From the human T2T-CHM13v2.0 reference genome, Homo sapiens, in assembly GCF_009914755.1 (NCBI RefSeq), contig NC_060931.1: 64,000 bases of DNA. One strand, written 5' to 3'. Numbering within the stretch: the first letter of the stretch is position 1; every line of letters starts with the position of its first letter. Shown one piece after another: positions 1 to 19,286 of the stretch. The position numbers were made by a program, and so were the translations under genes. The notes beneath the pieces are model-generated. The model searched no databases, was not told where the DNA came from, and saw only the letters and a list, made by a program, of their open reading frames with translations.

Positions 1-220
1 AGAAGGCAGATGATGGAGCCTCCAACTCAGATGGGGCTTCAGGGGCATCCCAGGACACCAGGAGAGTCATGAGGACAAGAACTGGAGCCCCAGGATGTGG
101 GGGTGAAAGTTGGTCCTGGGAGCTGAGAACAGGAGAGAGCTGTAGGAGGGGCTCTAGCTGTGGCACCTGAAAGGGAGAGGCTGAACCTCAAAGTTACCCA
201 CTGGCGTTTGCCCTCTCCAG

Positions 221-347
221 GTGGGATATAACATCACAGGCTGGCTGGAGAAGAACAAAGACCCCCTGAATGAAACAGTGGTGGGCTTGTTCCAGAAATC
301 GAGTGTGGCAATCCTGGCCCTTCTCTTCAAAGAAGAGGAGGCTCCAG
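221..347 (+). pseudogene. MYH16: MYH16 exon (127 nt) [42 protein letters not shown]
   Basis: ctccag| ... cag|gtaggg. Confidence 0.95.
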
Positions 348-1136
348 GTAGGGCTGACCCCTTGTTGTGTCCAGTATCCCTGTGCTGATGCCCTTTAGTG
401 GCCAAAATGGAAAGAAGAAACCAAAACTCTTTGATTCAACTCTTGTGGAATAAGTGAGTGAGTAAGTGAGTGAACCGATGGATGAATGAATGAATGAAAA
501 GTGGCTTGAGATAGGCCATGGATGATACTGCAAAAGAGGCAAGCAGAGGCAACATGGGAGCTTCCAATGACTGAACTGATTGCTGGGCACATCTTGCCTC
601 TAGGTGGATGGATACTGCTTTGGAAAAGTTGACACCCAGATGTTCTATGTTTCTTTTCTGTTTCCCTCTCTCTTGTCAGAAGCAAATGCCAAGCTCAGTC
701 CTGCCTCTCTTCCAATAGAGGTCATGTGGCTCATAGAGGAATGCTCTGGTGGATGCTGCCCCATAGGGTTGCCAATTAGTGGGGCCAGAAACACCAGTCT
801 CCCTGGTCTCACCACCAAAGTGCACCTTCTCCCATGGTCTATGGGTGCTTCTTCCTCCCCAGAAAATGGGAGCAGTTTGTCACCTTGCATCAGAAATCAC
901 AAAAGACTGCACCCTCCCAAGGAGCACAGCAACTCTTTTGAGAATTACGCTGTAGCCAGCCCGTTTGATCACTCCCCGGTAGATCTCATTTTCCTCACAT
1001 GAGGGTCCCCCTTATCCAGCCCTAAGATAAGCCTTTTTAAATCCAAAGAATGTGTGTGCTTTGCTGCAGAGTGCTTAATGGGGCTGCCTTTCTCCATACT
1101 GGGTACTGATGTGAAACGTGCTTGTCCCTTCCTCAG

Positions 1137-1195
1137 CCGGAAGCAAGAAGCAGAAGAGAGGCTCCTCCTTCATGACAGTCTCCAATTTCTACAGG
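1137..1195 (+). pseudogene. MYH16: MYH16 exon (59 nt), loop 2: AGSKKQKRGSSFMTVSNFYR
   Basis: cctcag| ... agg|gtgag. Confidence 0.95.
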
Positions 1196-1789
1196 GTGAG
1201 CAGGGGTGCCCCCAACCCTCCCTTTCAATGTTGGGTAGTCTGGCTGCTGCTTCATGGCCAGGGGCAGGATGATTTCATTTTTCTGTCTATGATCGCCTCT
1301 TTACCTGGAGGGGTCTGTTTCCTTCTGAAGAGGCCACAGAATCATAGGATCATTGGGCAGAAGAGACCCATTTTTGGATTTAAACCTGGAGAGTAAAGGG
1401 ATTTGTGCAGCGTGATCACGCGAGATAGCAATGCCCAAGAGCTTGTGTCCTAGAGTTGGCTGGCAGGTCTTGGGCTGGCCACAACTTCCATGAAGTTTGG
1501 GCATTACCTTCCAAAGTGCAGTCTACAAGGAGATGTTGCACAAAGGAAGATGTCAACACTTTTCAAGAATCAGGCTGTCCCAAGGCAGAGTGGGTCACCT
1601 CATTGGAGATATCCAAGCAGAGGAGGAGGGAGCATCCATTAGGGAAGCTAACAGTGGACAGGGCTTTGCCCACACAGACCCTATGGTTCCTCCTAGTACT
1701 GAGATTCTACAACGACCCAGCTCTGAATCTGGAGGGGCCCCACTTCTTGCAAACCACGGCCCCTTGAGCAAGTCATTGGACCTTGAGAG

Positions 1790-1940
1790 CAGTGCTGCCC
1801 AATGGCACTTTCTGCAATGATGAAACGTTCTCTTCTGCACTGCCCAATACGGTAGCCGCTAACCACATGTGGCTGAGTTTTAATTCAGTTTTAAGTGAAT
1901 AAACTTTAAACAAATACCTCTCCTGCATGTGGGTGTCCTG
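1790..1940 (+). mobile_element. MER3-like hAT-Charlie DNA transposon fossil
   Basis: cagtgctgcccaat...ctttctgcaatgatg...caatacggtagccgctaaccacatgtggct. Confidence 0.7.
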
Positions 1941-1990
1941 CAACATCAATGCAAAGTTTCACTCACTTGTTCTTTGTCCTCCAACCCCAG

Positions 1991-2076
1991 GAGCAGCTGA
2001 ACAAGCTGATGACCACCCTCCATAGCCGCACCCCATTTTGTCCGCTGTATTATCCCCAATGAGTTTAAGCAATCGG
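1991..2076 (+). pseudogene. MYH16: MYH16 frameshifted exon (86 nt instead of 88): EQLNKLMTTLHS^(T)APHFVRCIIPNEFKQS
   Basis: ccccag| ... tcgg|gtat; 2 nt missing between 2026 and 2027; shifted frame RTPFCPLYYPQ* with TGA at 2060-2062. Confidence 0.97.
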
Positions 2077-2456
2077 GTATGTTGTGGGGTCACGGCTCCC
2101 TGCTGGAAGTCCTGAGGTTCTGTGAAGTTAGTGTTCATTCCAAATTAAGTCCACCTTTCATCACCAAGGCTGATGGGGGCAAAACAAGGCTCTGAGAGAA
2201 ACCTCAACAATGGGTCATCCAAGAATCATATTCTAGCTGCTTTATAAAGCAGAATGGTGCCCAGCCAGGCAGAAATCAAACTTGGGAGCTTTTGGGCATT
2301 GGCCAAATGGTGGGGGACCTGGGGCCTCTGGGACAGTGACAGGAGAAGACTGGGGATGATGGCACAGATGCTCAGTTCAGCCTCCTTGAGTGGCCAGGAC
2401 TGGCCTGTCCCACCCCAGAGGAGGGACTCTCCATCCTGCACCCTCCCCCTTGGCAG

Positions 2457-2574
2457 GTGTGATAGACGCCCACCTGATCATGCACCAGCTAGCTTGCAAT
2501 GGTGTCCTGGAAGGCATCCGTATCTGCAGGAAGGGCTTCCCAAACAGGCTGCAGTACCCGGAGTTCAAACAGAG
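2457..2574 (+). pseudogene. MYH16: MYH16 exon (118 nt), SH1-SH2 helix [40 protein letters not shown]
   Basis: tggcag| ... ag|gtgagt. Confidence 0.96.
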
Positions 2575-2649
2575 GTGAGTGATGTCTCCCTGGGTGCAAG
2601 GCTCAGATGCCCAGGAGTTGACCAGCTGATAAGTCACATCCCACTGCAG

Positions 2650-3245
2650 CAGATATTATGGTGCTCTGCCAATACCACCTCACCATCAGTCACTACCTTA
2701 GTACACACTGGCCCAAATTTCAGAAGAGATTGGGCATGTTCAGGGTGGTATGGCCATAGACACTTGCCCAAATTTCAACTGCCAGCCCCTGCATTTCTCA
2801 GCTGCTGGATGCTGCTTTGCCCTTTCTTGGCAAGCTGAAAGTCCTGGGAATTAATGCCTCCCTGGAAGGAGCCCTCAATCAGTGACTGAGGAGAGCTGGT
2901 GTATAAATACCTCAGCTCCCTCACCCTTCTGGTGGCTAAATCTGAGACATTTTCCAGACATGCGCTCAGACAGCAGTGTGTTGGTAAATGTTAAACAAGA
3001 GCTCTTCTGGTCCAAAAAAAACCCCGATTGCTAGTGTCTGCCCATTTCCATGATGTAAATACTCCCACTGTGGCTCCCAGTGATCCCAGCAGCATTAAGC
3101 TCCAGTTGCCTGTTGCACTAACTGCCCCCATAACGTGCCTTTTATTGGCTTTCTTCCCATTCCCCACTCTGCCACCTCCCAGATAAACTACTTGCACTTG
3201 AATTCTTATCTCAGGGTCTGCTTCTGGACGAACACTGGGGTAACT
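2650..3245 (+). mobile_element. Old ERVL-type LTR fragments with a nested MER63-like DNA element (~2972-3075)
   Basis: LTR 3' end ...cccagataaactacttgcacttgaattcttatctcagggtctgcttctgg; cagtgtgttggtaaatgttaaacaa. Confidence 0.5.
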
Positions 3246-3740
3246 AATACCCCCACCTTAGAGATGATCTTCTACCTCCTCCAACTTCCTAGAACATAGG
3301 GCCACAGATTGATGGATCAGGAAAGGTCACTAGAGGTCACCTTATCCAAGCCCCTCTGAAGTCCCCAGTTGGGGACTTGTGTGTCCAAGATCACAAAGGG
3401 GGCTGCTCCCAGGTCATGATAAAAAACCTGTTTGCTGATGTCTGGATCAATGCCCTTTTCTCAACTCCAAGCTCTATCAGGAAGGGATTTTGGTGTCTTC
3501 ATTTCTAGAAACAGCTCCTCCCTGTACCCCCAACCCACACCAATGTCCACTCCCAAGCTGTAGCCCTTATTCCAAAGCCTCCTATTGATCTCATCTCTCT
3601 GCCTCCCAGGGGCATCTGTCAAACAAGTCTAATCTCTGTCCAAAGTCCATCTCAAAGACCAGCGGATAACCGCATGAACATGTTTTATGTGCTGTCAGCT
3701 TGGGCACAGTGATGACTGTCAATCATCTCTCTCCTGCCAG

Positions 3741-3861
3741 GTACCAAGTGCTGAACCCCAACGTGATTCCCCAGGGGTTCGTGGACAACAAAAAGGCCTC
3801 AGAGCTGCTGCTTGCAGCCATTGACCTAGATGTGAATGAATACAAAATTGGACACACCAAG
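3741..3861 (+). pseudogene. MYH16: MYH16 exon (121 nt), converter YQVLNPNV...YKIGHTK
   Basis: tgccag| ... aag|gtaggg. Confidence 0.95.
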
Positions 3862-4129
3862 GTAGGGTATGGTGGGCGGTCTCCCCCTACACACCCCCTC
3901 AGCCTTTTTCCAAGAAGGTGGGCTTTGGGGTGTGGATTCCACCTGACCACTGACCAATGGCCTACTTCGGGCAAGTCTGCCAGCTGCTGAGAGCCTCAGT
4001 TTCCTGAAAAATCAAGATTGGTCATGCCAGTCTCATAGAATTTGGGGAGATTAGAGGCAACACGCATAGAACTCAGCTCAGCTCAGAGGGGAACTCAATC
4101 AATGGTAGAATATTTCTTAGAACCCTACG

Positions 4130-4415
<286 letters not shown>

Positions 4416-6151
4416 CTGAGCCCTGAGTGTCCAAGAATAAAAAGGGCCAATGAGAATCAAGGTCATGGATCTGGCCCGTGGGGAAGTTTGCTTGGGCAGA
4501 GCCTGGACAATGAAGCACTGTAAGCCCAGCTCTGAGCCAGCGGCTGAGATGGGACTGACTCAGACAGAGCAACCTCCTGCTCCTGACTCATGGGGCCCGA
4601 GTTGCCCTGGGTCTATCCCATTTCCTGGCCCTGCAGCATCCTGGTGGGGTTGTAAAGGCTAGCCAGGCCAGTGGTGCCAGGTGTCCTTCTATAGCCGCCC
4701 TGCCCCCCACAACAAACTGCACCCCAACATGATCGCCCCGTGACACAGGAGGTTCACAGGCTTTGCAGTCAGGAGAGTCAGCTCAAAGCCTGCCTCTGTG
4801 CCGCCTGGAGCAGATCATTTCTCTCTCCAAGTTCTCACGCATGACGCAGGCTTGGCATGGAAGCTTCCAGCATGCCTGTGCCTCTAATGCATCTGGTCAC
4901 TCAGCAAACACTTATGGTGCGCCTACTGTGTGCCAGGCATGGTTCCAGGCTCTAGGGACACACAGTGAAGAGAACAGAATGAGTCCCTCACTCCCTGGAG
5001 CTTGCTTTATAATACTCTGTGTGTGTGGAATTGTAACACTGCCCTAGAACCTGCTGGAACTGTTTGTTTTGGCATCCTTCACAATTAAGATGTGCTGTAA
5101 ATAGCTAGATTGACTTGCGGGGGACACTTGAGGTTTGGAGACAGGATCATGGAATAATTGAGCTGGAAAGAATCTTAGAAACCAACGGGCCCCTCCTTTC
5201 CCTACCCACCCTTGACAGATGGGAAACTTAAGAAAGCCTGGAGAGGGGGTGGAGGTGGCATGCCCAACTTCACAGAACGAAGCGGGACAGAGCTAGTCGG
5301 CATAAGGCCCACCAGTGGCGGTCGTGTGGCCGGGAAAGCCGGAGCTGGTATCTCAGAATCTGGCACAGCTCAGAATCTTGTCCGTTTACCACCTGGCCAA
5401 ACAGACTGCATCTTGCTGTTGTACAAGGGTTGCATTAGGCACGTCAGTTCCAGGGGAAGGCCCAGGGCTGCTGGGGACAGTTTTGCTCCCTGAGGACTAG
5501 GCAGACTGGCAGCAGGAGGAGAACAAAGAACAGGATGGTTCTGACTGCAAATGGTGTTCCTATGTTTGGAGTTGGCTCAGGTGGGCCCCACCCCCAGCCA
5601 CATGCTTGTTTCAAAGACTAAACCTCAACGCCAATTAATTTTGAAATATCAGGAAATGTTTTATGACATCAAGCCTGATTTCTCTACCTTGCGATGTCTA
5701 GCTCCTCGGGGGTCCTTTTGAGGGGCAGGGAGCATTCTTCCTCATCTTTTGCCCACAGTGGCTCAGTTAGGTGCTGTACTCCCTGGCCCCGTGTGGCATT
5801 TTGGGTTCCCGCAGCTCAGAGGTCCCAGGGGCCCTGCAGGCAGCATTCTGTCCGGACAGGAGGGGAAGCCTAGGTCCCCCAAAGGGACAGTGACTTAACC
5901 ACAGTCAGACACACAGCACATCCAAGGAAGGCTGAGGCCAGAATGCAGGTCTCCTGGCACCTTCTATCCTTCTAAAAGTTTCTATTATGTCCTATTTGAA
6001 GCCTGTAAAAAGGTGTTACATTATGAAACATAATAATAAAGCCAGCACCCTGTGAACCCACTGAAAAGCCCAGAATGTCAACCTTTCATGTCTTTCCTCT
6101 CCCATCCCCTCCCTACCCCCAGGAGTAACCCTGTCTTGAATTTTGACATGA

Positions 6152-7781
<1,630 letters not shown>

Positions 7782-7851
7782 TTAAAACTCCCCCAAGTGG
7801 CTGCCATCGGTGACAGCCGGGCTTTTTCAAAGGCGTGCGGTCTTTCCCCAG

Positions 7852-7988
7852 GTGTTCTTCCGTGCGGGCATCCTGGCCAGGCTTGAGGACATGAGGGACG
7901 AGCGTCTGGCCAAGATCATGACGATGCTGCAGTGTCGGCTTCGGGGCTTCCTCATGAGGGTGGAGTTCAAGAAGATGCTGGAACGAAG
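7852..7988 (+). pseudogene. MYH16: MYH16 exon (137 nt), VFFRAG...IQ1 region
   Basis: ccccag| ... ag|gtagca. Confidence 0.95.
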
Positions 7989-8039
7989 GTAGCACTCACA
8001 AACACCGACAGGAAGGCCCAGAGGAGCCACACGCACTCA

Positions 8040-9700
<1,661 letters not shown>

Positions 9701-10236
9701 TCATAGAATTAGTAATGAATTCCTGTTCCCATCAGCAGGCCACCTGCAGCCCTGGACTGAAGGCAGGGATACCAGTTAGGGGCTGATGTGAGGGATCTTG
9801 GCCTGATTCAGCCCAGGGCCTTGGTGCACAGGAGGTCCTCAATAAATGGCAGTTGAGTGAAGCTGCAGGGAACAAGAAACGGGCAGATTCCAGCAACTTT
9901 GCAGATCCATGGGATTTGGAGACTAATGGGTGATTTCTGGTGGAGGAGGGAAAATGCAGGAGTCAATGACTGGTATGTCTCAGCCTTGTGCCATCTGGGA
10001 GGGACCTGGTTCCATCAGGTTTCACCTCAGCTCCCTTATCGTGCTGCTAAGCTCTGACCCCAACGTGAGTCTCCCTGCCGCAGACCACATGGGCAATGCT
10101 GGGTCTCGAGAAGGCACTTTGGTGTCTGAACAAGGTAGATCTGCTGGCTTCTATTCCCAGGCCCCACCCCTTCCCCAGGGAAGCCAGGTCCTAACACCTT
10201 CATTGTAACCCACTCAACCCTGGATTCTTTTCGCAG

Positions 10237-10318
10237 AATGGGCCTGAAAGTCATTCAGCAGAACGTGCACAAGTTCCTGCAGCTCCGTTTCTGGGGCTGG
10301 TGGAAGCTGTACAACAAG
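10237..10318 (+). pseudogene. MYH16: MYH16 exon (82 nt), IQ2/hook [27 protein letters not shown]
   Basis: ttcgcag| ... aag|gtgagg. Confidence 0.94.
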
Positions 10319-10506
10319 GTGAGGGCCGAGGGGCCAGGCCAGGGGGGACTGCTGCTGCCTATGGGCTGGGGGAGGGCTTGATCCTGGACAGAGATGCCCC
10401 TCGGGAGTGAGAGGCTGCAAGAACAGTTTGAAAATGAGGGCACCTTAGAGACAAAAATCTAGCCTCTGTCCAGACAGGGACTAATTCCTCCCTAAGAAAA
10501 ATCATG

Positions 10507-10828
10507 GGGCGGGCACAGTGGCTCACACCTGTAATCCCAGCCCTTTGGGAGGCTGAGGCAGGAGGATTGCTTGAGGCCAGGAGTTTGAGACCAGCCTGGG
10601 CAACACAGTGAGACCCCATTTCAAAAGAAAAGAAAGGAAGAGAGAGAGGAAAGTAAGAAAGAGAGGAAAGGAAGGGAGAGAGGAAAGGAAGGGAGAGAGG
10701 AAAGGAAGACAGAGAGGAAAGGAAGGGAGAGAGGAAAGGAAGACAGAGAGGAAAGGAAGGGAGAGAGGAAAGGAAGGGAGAGATGAAAGGGAGAGAGGAA
10801 AGGAAGGGAGAGAGGAAAGGAAAGGAGA
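10507..10828 (+). repeat. Alu left monomer followed by a polypurine minisatellite, unit ~17 bp GAGAGGAAAGGAAGGGA, about 11 copies
   Basis: Direct inspection. Confidence 0.9.
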
Positions 10829-11480
10829 GCAAGTGTCTTTCTGCCTTCCATCTCATCCCTCAAAATAAAATCCACTTAAGATGGAGAGCGCCATACCACC
10901 CCCACCAAAAAAAGTGAGCTTGATTATTGACTCCTTGCCCCTGGGCATGTTGAGGCATCTTCAACTCCAGTGAGTTCTTGGCTTAGAGCTGGGGGAACCT
11001 CAGGAAATGATAAGGTCCGACCTCTCATTTCCTGTTCTTCCGAAACAGCAATGAGTATGGTATGTGAGTCAGCCAGGTGGTGGGACCCACAGAGGTCCCA
11101 AGCAGCCAGGCCACCCTCAACCAAGGCAGGAGGCCACCAGCCATGGCACTGCACATGGGTCCAATCATGCCTGTGCTGGGGCCACCATTAAGAGGGACAT
11201 GTCTCTGGGCACCAGAAGAGGGAGTCAGGCACCAGGCAGCTATGTTCAGGAGAAAGGAGGACCCGCAGAGGGTGGGGACAGGCTCTGAGTCATCTCGGGT
11301 GGCCCTGAGTCCTCCATAGCTCACAAGGAAGTTTCTTTACACTCCCCCATGGGAAAGAACTAGCTAACAATCAGCACCCACCACAGATGGAAAGGGAGGA
11401 ATAGTAAGTTCTGCTTCCCCAAATGTATCCACACACAGGCCGGCCCTGGAGGACCTGGGATTGGAGAGGAATCTAGGTGA

Positions 11481-12979
<1,499 letters not shown>

Positions 12980-13659
12980 CTAATATTATTTAACAAAGCC
13001 AGATAGGCTGGGTCAATGAAAAAACACTTGTAGTAGGTTTCCATTGAATAAAAAGTGCTACACAGCGGCAAAGTATGGTGGTTACTGCAACCTTTTCATG
13101 CCAGCTTTGCCACTGTGACATCTCAGATTCTCAACAGCCAGGCTGGCAATGAACGAGGTTTATCTGTTATCTTTCAAAAGAGGCGCAGGCTGTCCCTCCT
13201 CCCAAATCCATGTCTAGGGCATTTTCCCTCCTGGGAAATGTATCTATTGACTATGTATCTATTGTATCTATGGTATAATGTTTCTGTGGTTCCCAGGGGA
13301 CCTGCCCCACCAGCTCTGCTAGGTGCTTTAGGAACCCCAAAGGGATGGGAGGGAGGTCTTTGAGGGGCTTGCAGATGCAGGGCAGAATACAGGTGGTAGG
13401 ACCGGACGGAGCCTGGCGCTCCAGTGCAGGTGAGAAGGGCCAAGTGCACAGAGAGGTCCCGATGGGTGCTGCGGGTGCAGAGCACGAGCAAATGCTCCCG
13501 GCTGAATGGCAAAGAAGGCCCAGCCCTATAGACACAGGTGCAGGGGCACTGGCCATGGTGGGAAGTATCAGCTGACACAGTGCAGGAGGAGGGCAGGGGC
13601 TACATTGTGGAAGGCCTGCAAGGCCAAGTCGAGAGGTGTGACTTCATGTTAGACAGAAG

Positions 13660-14030
13660 ATGAAAGGAGTGAGAGAGAGAGAGGGAGAGTAAGAGATGGA
13701 GAGAGACACACACACATAGAGAAAAACAAAGAGAAAGACACAGAAAATGAGAGAGAGAGAGACAGCACAACAGAGAGACAGGCAGAGAGAGAGACAGAGA
13801 TAAGAGAGACAGAGATGAGACAGAGAAAGAGACAGAGAGAAAGACAGAAACAGAAACACGGAGAGAGAAAAAGAGAGAGCAGAGCAACAGAGACTGAGAA
13901 GAGAGGCAGAGATAGGAATGGCATGAGAGAGACACAGAGAGAGAGAGAGACACAGAGAGAGAGAGAGAAACAGTGGGCGAGTGAGAGAGACAGCAAAATG
14001 AGGCAGACAGAGACAGAAACAGAGAGCCAG
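13660..14030 (+). repeat. Degenerate (GA)n/(GACA)n low-complexity purine tract
   Basis: Direct inspection. Confidence 0.9.
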
Positions 14031-14432
14031 AGGTGGGAGGACTCAGTAGGGAAGGAAGGAGGGAGGGGACCCCAAGGCTGTGCATTTCACTGGGGCTCCT
14101 GGTGTCTACACAACATGCAGAACAGATGTAAGCCTTGGGTCACCCAGATGCCGAGGACACCTAACTCCATGTCCCTCAGGATTAAAGAGCATCCTAAGAA
14201 TTGTCCTAGGGGAGGATGGGCCTTCTCTGTTGAGGCCAGGGATGCTTTACACAAGGAGCTCAGCCTGGTGGCATCTGTGGAGAGGGACCCCACCCGCAGA
14301 GCTACAGCAAGAGCTGCTTCCCACCACAGTGGTGCTGTGAGGTCACGCCTGAGGCAGAGACTCCACAGCCCTCCGTCTACCCCCCAGCAAACCCCATTCT
14401 CCTAACACTCTTTGGTGTTGCTCATTGCCCAG

Positions 14433-14606
14433 GTCAAGCCACTCCTGAATGTGGCTCGGCAAGAAGAGGAGATGAAGGCCAAGGAGGAGGAGCTCAGGAA
14501 AGCCATGGCCCAAACCCAGGAGTTGGTAAACAAGGTCAAGGAACTGGAGGAGAAGACAGCCACGCTCAGCCAGGAGAAGAATGACCTCACCATCCAGCTG
14601 CAGGCT
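14433..14606 (+). pseudogene. MYH16: MYH16 exon (174 nt), start of S2 VKPLLNVARQEEEMKAKEEEL...IQLQA
   Basis: gcccag| ... gct|gtacgt. Confidence 0.94.
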
Positions 14607-14770
14607 GTACGTGGGGTCCCCAGGGAGAAGGGTGGGAAACCCATACAGCCTGGACCCTGGGAGGGAGGAAGGGCGAGCTCTTCCAAAAACCCATGTCCCT
14701 CCAGACCACGGGAAATTCTCCAGCATACAAAGTCACCCTCGACCCAACTTCCAAAAAGTCTCCATCCAAT

Positions 14771-14870
<100 letters not shown>

Positions 14871-15694
14871 GCGACATGGTCTTGCTGTGTTGCCCAGGCT
14901 GGAGTGAAGTGGCTCGATCACAGCTCACAGCAGCCTCCATCTCCTGGACACAGGTGATCCTCCCACCTCAGCCTCCCGAGTAGCTGGGACTACACCACCA
15001 TGCCTGGCTAATTTTTTGTAGAGACAGGGTCTTACTATGTTGCCCAGGCTTGTCTCAAACTCCCAGCCCCAAGTGATCCTCCTATTTCGGCCTCCCAAAG
15101 TGCTGGGATTACAGGTGTAAGCCCCTGTGCCCAGCCTCCATCAAATTCTTATTTGCACACAGCAGCAGGCTGGGCACACACAGCTACAGGACCCACCTGC
15201 AGGGAAAGTCCAGGGATGGTGGCCACGAGATGGGGTGAGAACAGCATCCCCTGGAGTCAGGGCTGGGCTCTGCCATACAAACTTGGCAACTTACCCACTC
15301 CAAGCCTTGTTTTCCTCACCTGTCCAGGGAAACACAGCAAGAAAGAATAAACGATGTCATTTCTGTAGGGCGCCTGACTAAATGTCCTGCAGTGAATTCA
15401 CTGCTGGGGTCCTTCTGGTTTGCAAAGCTTTTCCTATTCCTTCCCTGATTTTACTCTCACAGCCGCCCTGTAAGACACTCGATTTTCACGTGCATCGTAC
15501 AGGGTAGAAAACTCAGTTTGGCAGACATTTAGAGATTTGATCAAAGTCCCAGGCCCATTGGTAGAAAACCCAGCCCTGGAAGGGGCCCAATTCCATCTCC
15601 AGTCCTCCCTGCTCTGCCACGGCCATCTCTGTAGCCGTGAGCATGTGTGGTGCTTGCATTTTCCTTCCACTGTCCCCAAAGGCCTCCAACATCA

Positions 15695-16275
<581 letters not shown>

Positions 16276-16403
16276 GGAGCTCGAGATAGCCCAGCCCCTT
16301 GTCCAACCCCCAGGACACATTTGTTCAGCTCAAGGCTTGTCCAGCGTCTTGGTGTGGTCTTTGCCTGGACCCTGTCCTCGACCGGGGCTCTTTCTCCCAA
16401 CAG

Positions 16404-16631
16404 GAGCAAGAGAACCTGATGGATGCAGAGGAGCGCCTGACATGGATGATGAAGACCAAGATGGATCTAGAGAGCCAGATCTCAGACATGCGGGAGCGGC
16501 TGGAGGAGGAAGAGGGCATGGCGGCCTCACTGAGTGCCGCCAAGCGCAAGTTGGAAGGGGAGCTGAGCGACCTGAAGCGGGACCTAGAGGGCCTGGAAAC
16601 CACGCTGGCCAAGACAGAGAAGGAGAAGCAG
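16404..16631 (+). pseudogene. MYH16: MYH16 rod exon (228 nt) EQENLMDAEER...TEKEKQ
   Basis: caacag| ... cag|gtgagg. Confidence 0.94.
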
Positions 16632-16709
16632 GTGAGGAGAGGCCGGGGCCCTGCCACGCTTTTCTCAGGCCACCTTCAGGGGCCATACCTAAAGCCCCTA
16701 TGGTGGCTA

Positions 16710-17236
16710 CACCCAGTGCCCTGACCACTGACCACATGGGGCAGTTTTTTGGGGGTTTTTTTTTGTTTGTTTGTTTTGCGACAGAGTCTCGCTCTCGCTG
16801 TGTCACGTAGGCTGGAGGGCAGTAGTGCGACCTCAGCTCACTGCAACCTCCCCCTCCCGGGTTCAAGTGATTCTCATACCTCAGCCTCCCGGGTAGCTGG
16901 GACTACACGTGTGGCACCACCACACCCGGCTAATTTTTGTATTTTTAGTAGAGATGGGGTTTCGCCATGTTGGCCAGACTGGTCTTGAACGCCTCACCTC
17001 AGGTGATCTGCCTGTCTTGGCCTCCCAAAGTGCTGGGATTACAGGCATGGGCCACCATACCCAGCCCACATGGGGCTATTGTAACATCTATTAATTTACA
17101 ACTTAAAATGCAATTCCTCAGTTGCACAAGCCACATTGCAGGTGCTCAGCAGCCATGTGCGTTAAGTGTCACTGCATGGGACAGCAAAGGCAGAGAACAT
17201 GTCCGTCACTGCAGAAAGTTCTGCTGGACAGGGCAG
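16710..17236 (-). mobile_element. MER3-like element interrupted by antisense Alu 16745-17067
   Basis: TSD ccacatggggc on both sides of the Alu; MER3 end cactgcagaaagttctgctggacag. Confidence 0.75.
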
Positions 17237-17769
17237 CTAAGGGGACTGAGCTGTTCCCATCATGGTGAAGTGTCCACCTTCAGCTGTTGAATTTCTGCCC
17301 AAACAAGCAGTTGCTGCCCCTCTGAACAGCTCCCTGGGGGAAGCCCTGGCTCCTGATGCCATCTGGCTGGCCCCTGGTCCCAAGGTCCCCTTCCTGCTAT
17401 TGCAGGTGGGTTGGGTTCTCGAGCAGGGTAAGCAGGGGCTCTGCCTAAACTTGCGCTTCTCCTGCTCTGCTGCACACACAAACCACTGGGGATACAGTCA
17501 GGTGCAGACTCTGGCGAGTCTGGTGGAGCCCAAGGGTCTGTATTCCTAGCATGCTCCTAGGGGATGCCACTGCCGACATCCGGGGACCACACTTTGAGAA
17601 GCCAAGGTTCTTGCTGCTCCCCTTCACCCCCAGGGTTCTGACTTGGTTGGTCTAGGACATGCCCTGGGTGCTGGCATTTCTTAAGCTCCCAGGAGACTCA
17701 AGGGTGCACCCAAGCTGAGGACTCCCTCCAGCTTTAAGGATCTACCTCTCTCCCTGCCCTGGTTTCTAG

Positions 17770-17874
17770 GCCCTGGATCACAAGGTCCGTACCCTGACGG
17801 GGGACCTCTCACTCCGTGAAGACTCCATCACCAAGCTCCAGAAGGAGAAGAGGGCCCTAGAGGAGCTGCACCAG
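17770..17874 (+). pseudogene. MYH16: MYH16 rod exon (105 nt) ALDHKVRTL...LEELHQ
   Basis: ttctag| ... cag|gtaggt. Confidence 0.93.
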
Positions 17875-18287
17875 GTAGGTTTCCCTTGCATCTTCCCTCA
17901 GCCCAGCAGCTAGAGCTTGGCACAATGTGCTTTCCATTGGAGACTGGAGCCCCGAGTTCAAATCCTGGCCCTGCCGCCCCCTCAGCTTGGGGCCTTAGGG
18001 AAGTTAAGGAATCTCCGTACATCTCAGTTTCCTCAAGAGTGACATGGGTGTGGCCCCCCCTTGCTGCCTTCCTTCCAAGTTTGTTATAAGTGGGGTGACA
18101 ATATAATTTGTCTTCCAAACTAGGACAGTTTTGAGAGCAAGCGGGGGAGCTATGAACAATTATGAATCATCTAGGCATGGCAGCTCACATCTTTAAACCC
18201 AGCACTTTGGGAGGCTGAGGCAGGAGGATCCCTTCAGTTTAGGAGTTTGAGACCAGCCCGGGCAACATGGCAAAACTCCCATCTCTA

Positions 18288-18476
<189 letters not shown>

Positions 18477-18884
18477 TTATGAGTTAGGTTGGGCCCATGC
18501 ACACTGGAGAAAGTATGCTCACTGGAGTGGTAGGGGTGGAGTGGGGTGTATGGAACTGTCCCGTGAGCTCAAAAGCCCCAGCAAAGCCTAAGACACTGTG
18601 GCAACAACAGGCCATGAGTTCTTGAGGCCATGGGGAGACCCACCGACTTTCCCAGGCCCACTGTCACGGCTAAGGTTCCAGAATGCAGAGCCGGCTCTGA
18701 CCGGCCACCAGTGCTGACCTCCAGAGAAACAGGGGCAAAGAGCCAGACAGTGGACCCCTCGTCCCTGTGTTTGCTGATACCGTGAATCCACATGTCCCCT
18801 GAGTGCCTCTCCCTGCTGCCTCGGGAACTACCGCCCTTGCCCTGTGATTTTCAAGCATATCAGACCCAGAGCCTCCTTTCATAA

Positions 18885-19286
<402 letters not shown>

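Noticed and set aside
13600-14405. Long Arg/Glu- or Ser/Leu-rich ORFs (up to 196 aa)
   Set aside because: Artefacts of the GA low-complexity tract
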